DNA of 61,371 nucleotides from an uncultured Bacillales bacterium (GTDB lineage Bacteria; Bacillota_I; Bacilli_A; RF39; UBA660): NCBI GenBank assembly GCA_947306705.1, contig CAMZHD010000001.1, positions 1 to 61,371 of the forward strand, read 5' to 3'. Shown piece by piece: positions 61,070 to 61,371 of this stretch (position 1 is its first letter; each line of letters starts with the position of its first letter). The notes under the pieces were generated by a model. It saw only the letters and a program-made list of their open reading frames with translations, ran no database searches and was not told where the DNA came from. The position numbers and the translations under genes were made by a program.

Positions 61070-61371
61070 CTATTTCACTTCAAGCACTTCAGGCTTTTGT
61101 GCCTCTTGTTTGTGCTCGCTTCCTGCATATACAAATAACTTTTTGTACATTTGTCTACCAAGACGATTATGTGGAAGCATTCCTTTTACTGCTCTTTCGA
61201 TCATTTCTTCAGGATATTCTTCTCTCATTGTCTTAGCATTTCTTTCTCTTAATCCACCAGTATACATTGAGTGATTGTAATACATCTTATCTTCTAATTT
61301 ATTACCAGTTAAGTTTACTTTACTAGCATTAATTACGATGATGTAATCTCCACAATCAATATGTGGTGTAT
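61070..61371 (-). CDS. rplM: 50S ribosomal protein L13, 5' end outside the window
   Basis: The frame stays open to the window edge: ...[38 protein letters not shown]...[11 protein letters not shown]... The track lists only the part starting at an internal Met (61070-61285). Confidence 0.9.
   Translation of the reverse strand, partial: TPHIDCGDYIIVINASKVNLTGNKLEDKMYYNHSMYTGGLRERNAKTMREEYPEEMIERAVKGMLPHNRLGRQMYKKLFVYAGSEHKQEAQKPEVLEVK

Noticed and set aside
1-61371. CRISPR arrays, tRNA or rRNA genes, IS elements, prophage modules.
   Set aside because: I saw no regularly spaced direct repeats. No intergenic region is longer than ~140 nt or GC-rich enough for a tRNA. No DDE, serine or tyrosine recombinase motifs appear in any ORF. 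The only tandem repeats are the coding Ig-like repeats and the paralog pair.

Overview
61.4-kb AT-rich (about 30% GC by eye) chromosomal segment from a low-GC Firmicute; gene content and signals look Erysipelotrichia- or Clostridia-like. I count about 59 protein genes, mostly on the minus strand, and the window ends in rpsI and a partial rplM. I found no rRNA, tRNA, CRISPR array, integrase or transposase. Most transcription units are bounded by clear rho-independent hairpins. Main blocks, in order:

- (a) Two paralogous genes (1-978 and 48607-49623) fuse a WXG100-like hairpin to an NlpC/P60 cell-wall hydrolase. They share a conserved promoter and leader.
- (b) A roughly 10-kb, 10-gene translationally coupled operon (12679 down to 2723). 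It encodes an unknown 609-aa protein, a PLP aminotransferase, two ATP-grasp ligases, a polar-amino-acid ABC importer, a SAM methyltransferase, a P-loop kinase-like protein and a Nudix hydrolase. The importer's binding protein is circularly permuted.
- (c) A 1263-aa surface protein with six Ig-like repeats, followed by a monocistronic 1170-aa protein with a metallophosphoesterase core.
- (d) Tandem paralogous envelope proteins with an internal NPKT[NS] sortase-B-like sorting signal.
- (e) A TasA/SipW-like fibre operon (37101 down to 31506). Its large subunit carries a HINT (intein-like) autoprocessing domain and an unknown C-terminal module, and its SipW-type peptidase is fused to a polytopic membrane domain.
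- (f) A stripped-down type VIIb-like secretion locus: EssC, YukD/EsaB and two proteins under 80 aa. No EsaA, EssA, EssB or canonical EsxA is in the window. Next to it is a five-gene operon: WXG-NlpC/P60, Abi_2, HtrA, a zinc-ribbon membrane protein and a TPM-domain protein.

The rest is housekeeping: MutY, CorA, aquaporin, 5'-nucleotidase, dCMP deaminase, LD-carboxypeptidase. All functional calls come from motifs read by eye. No database search was run.
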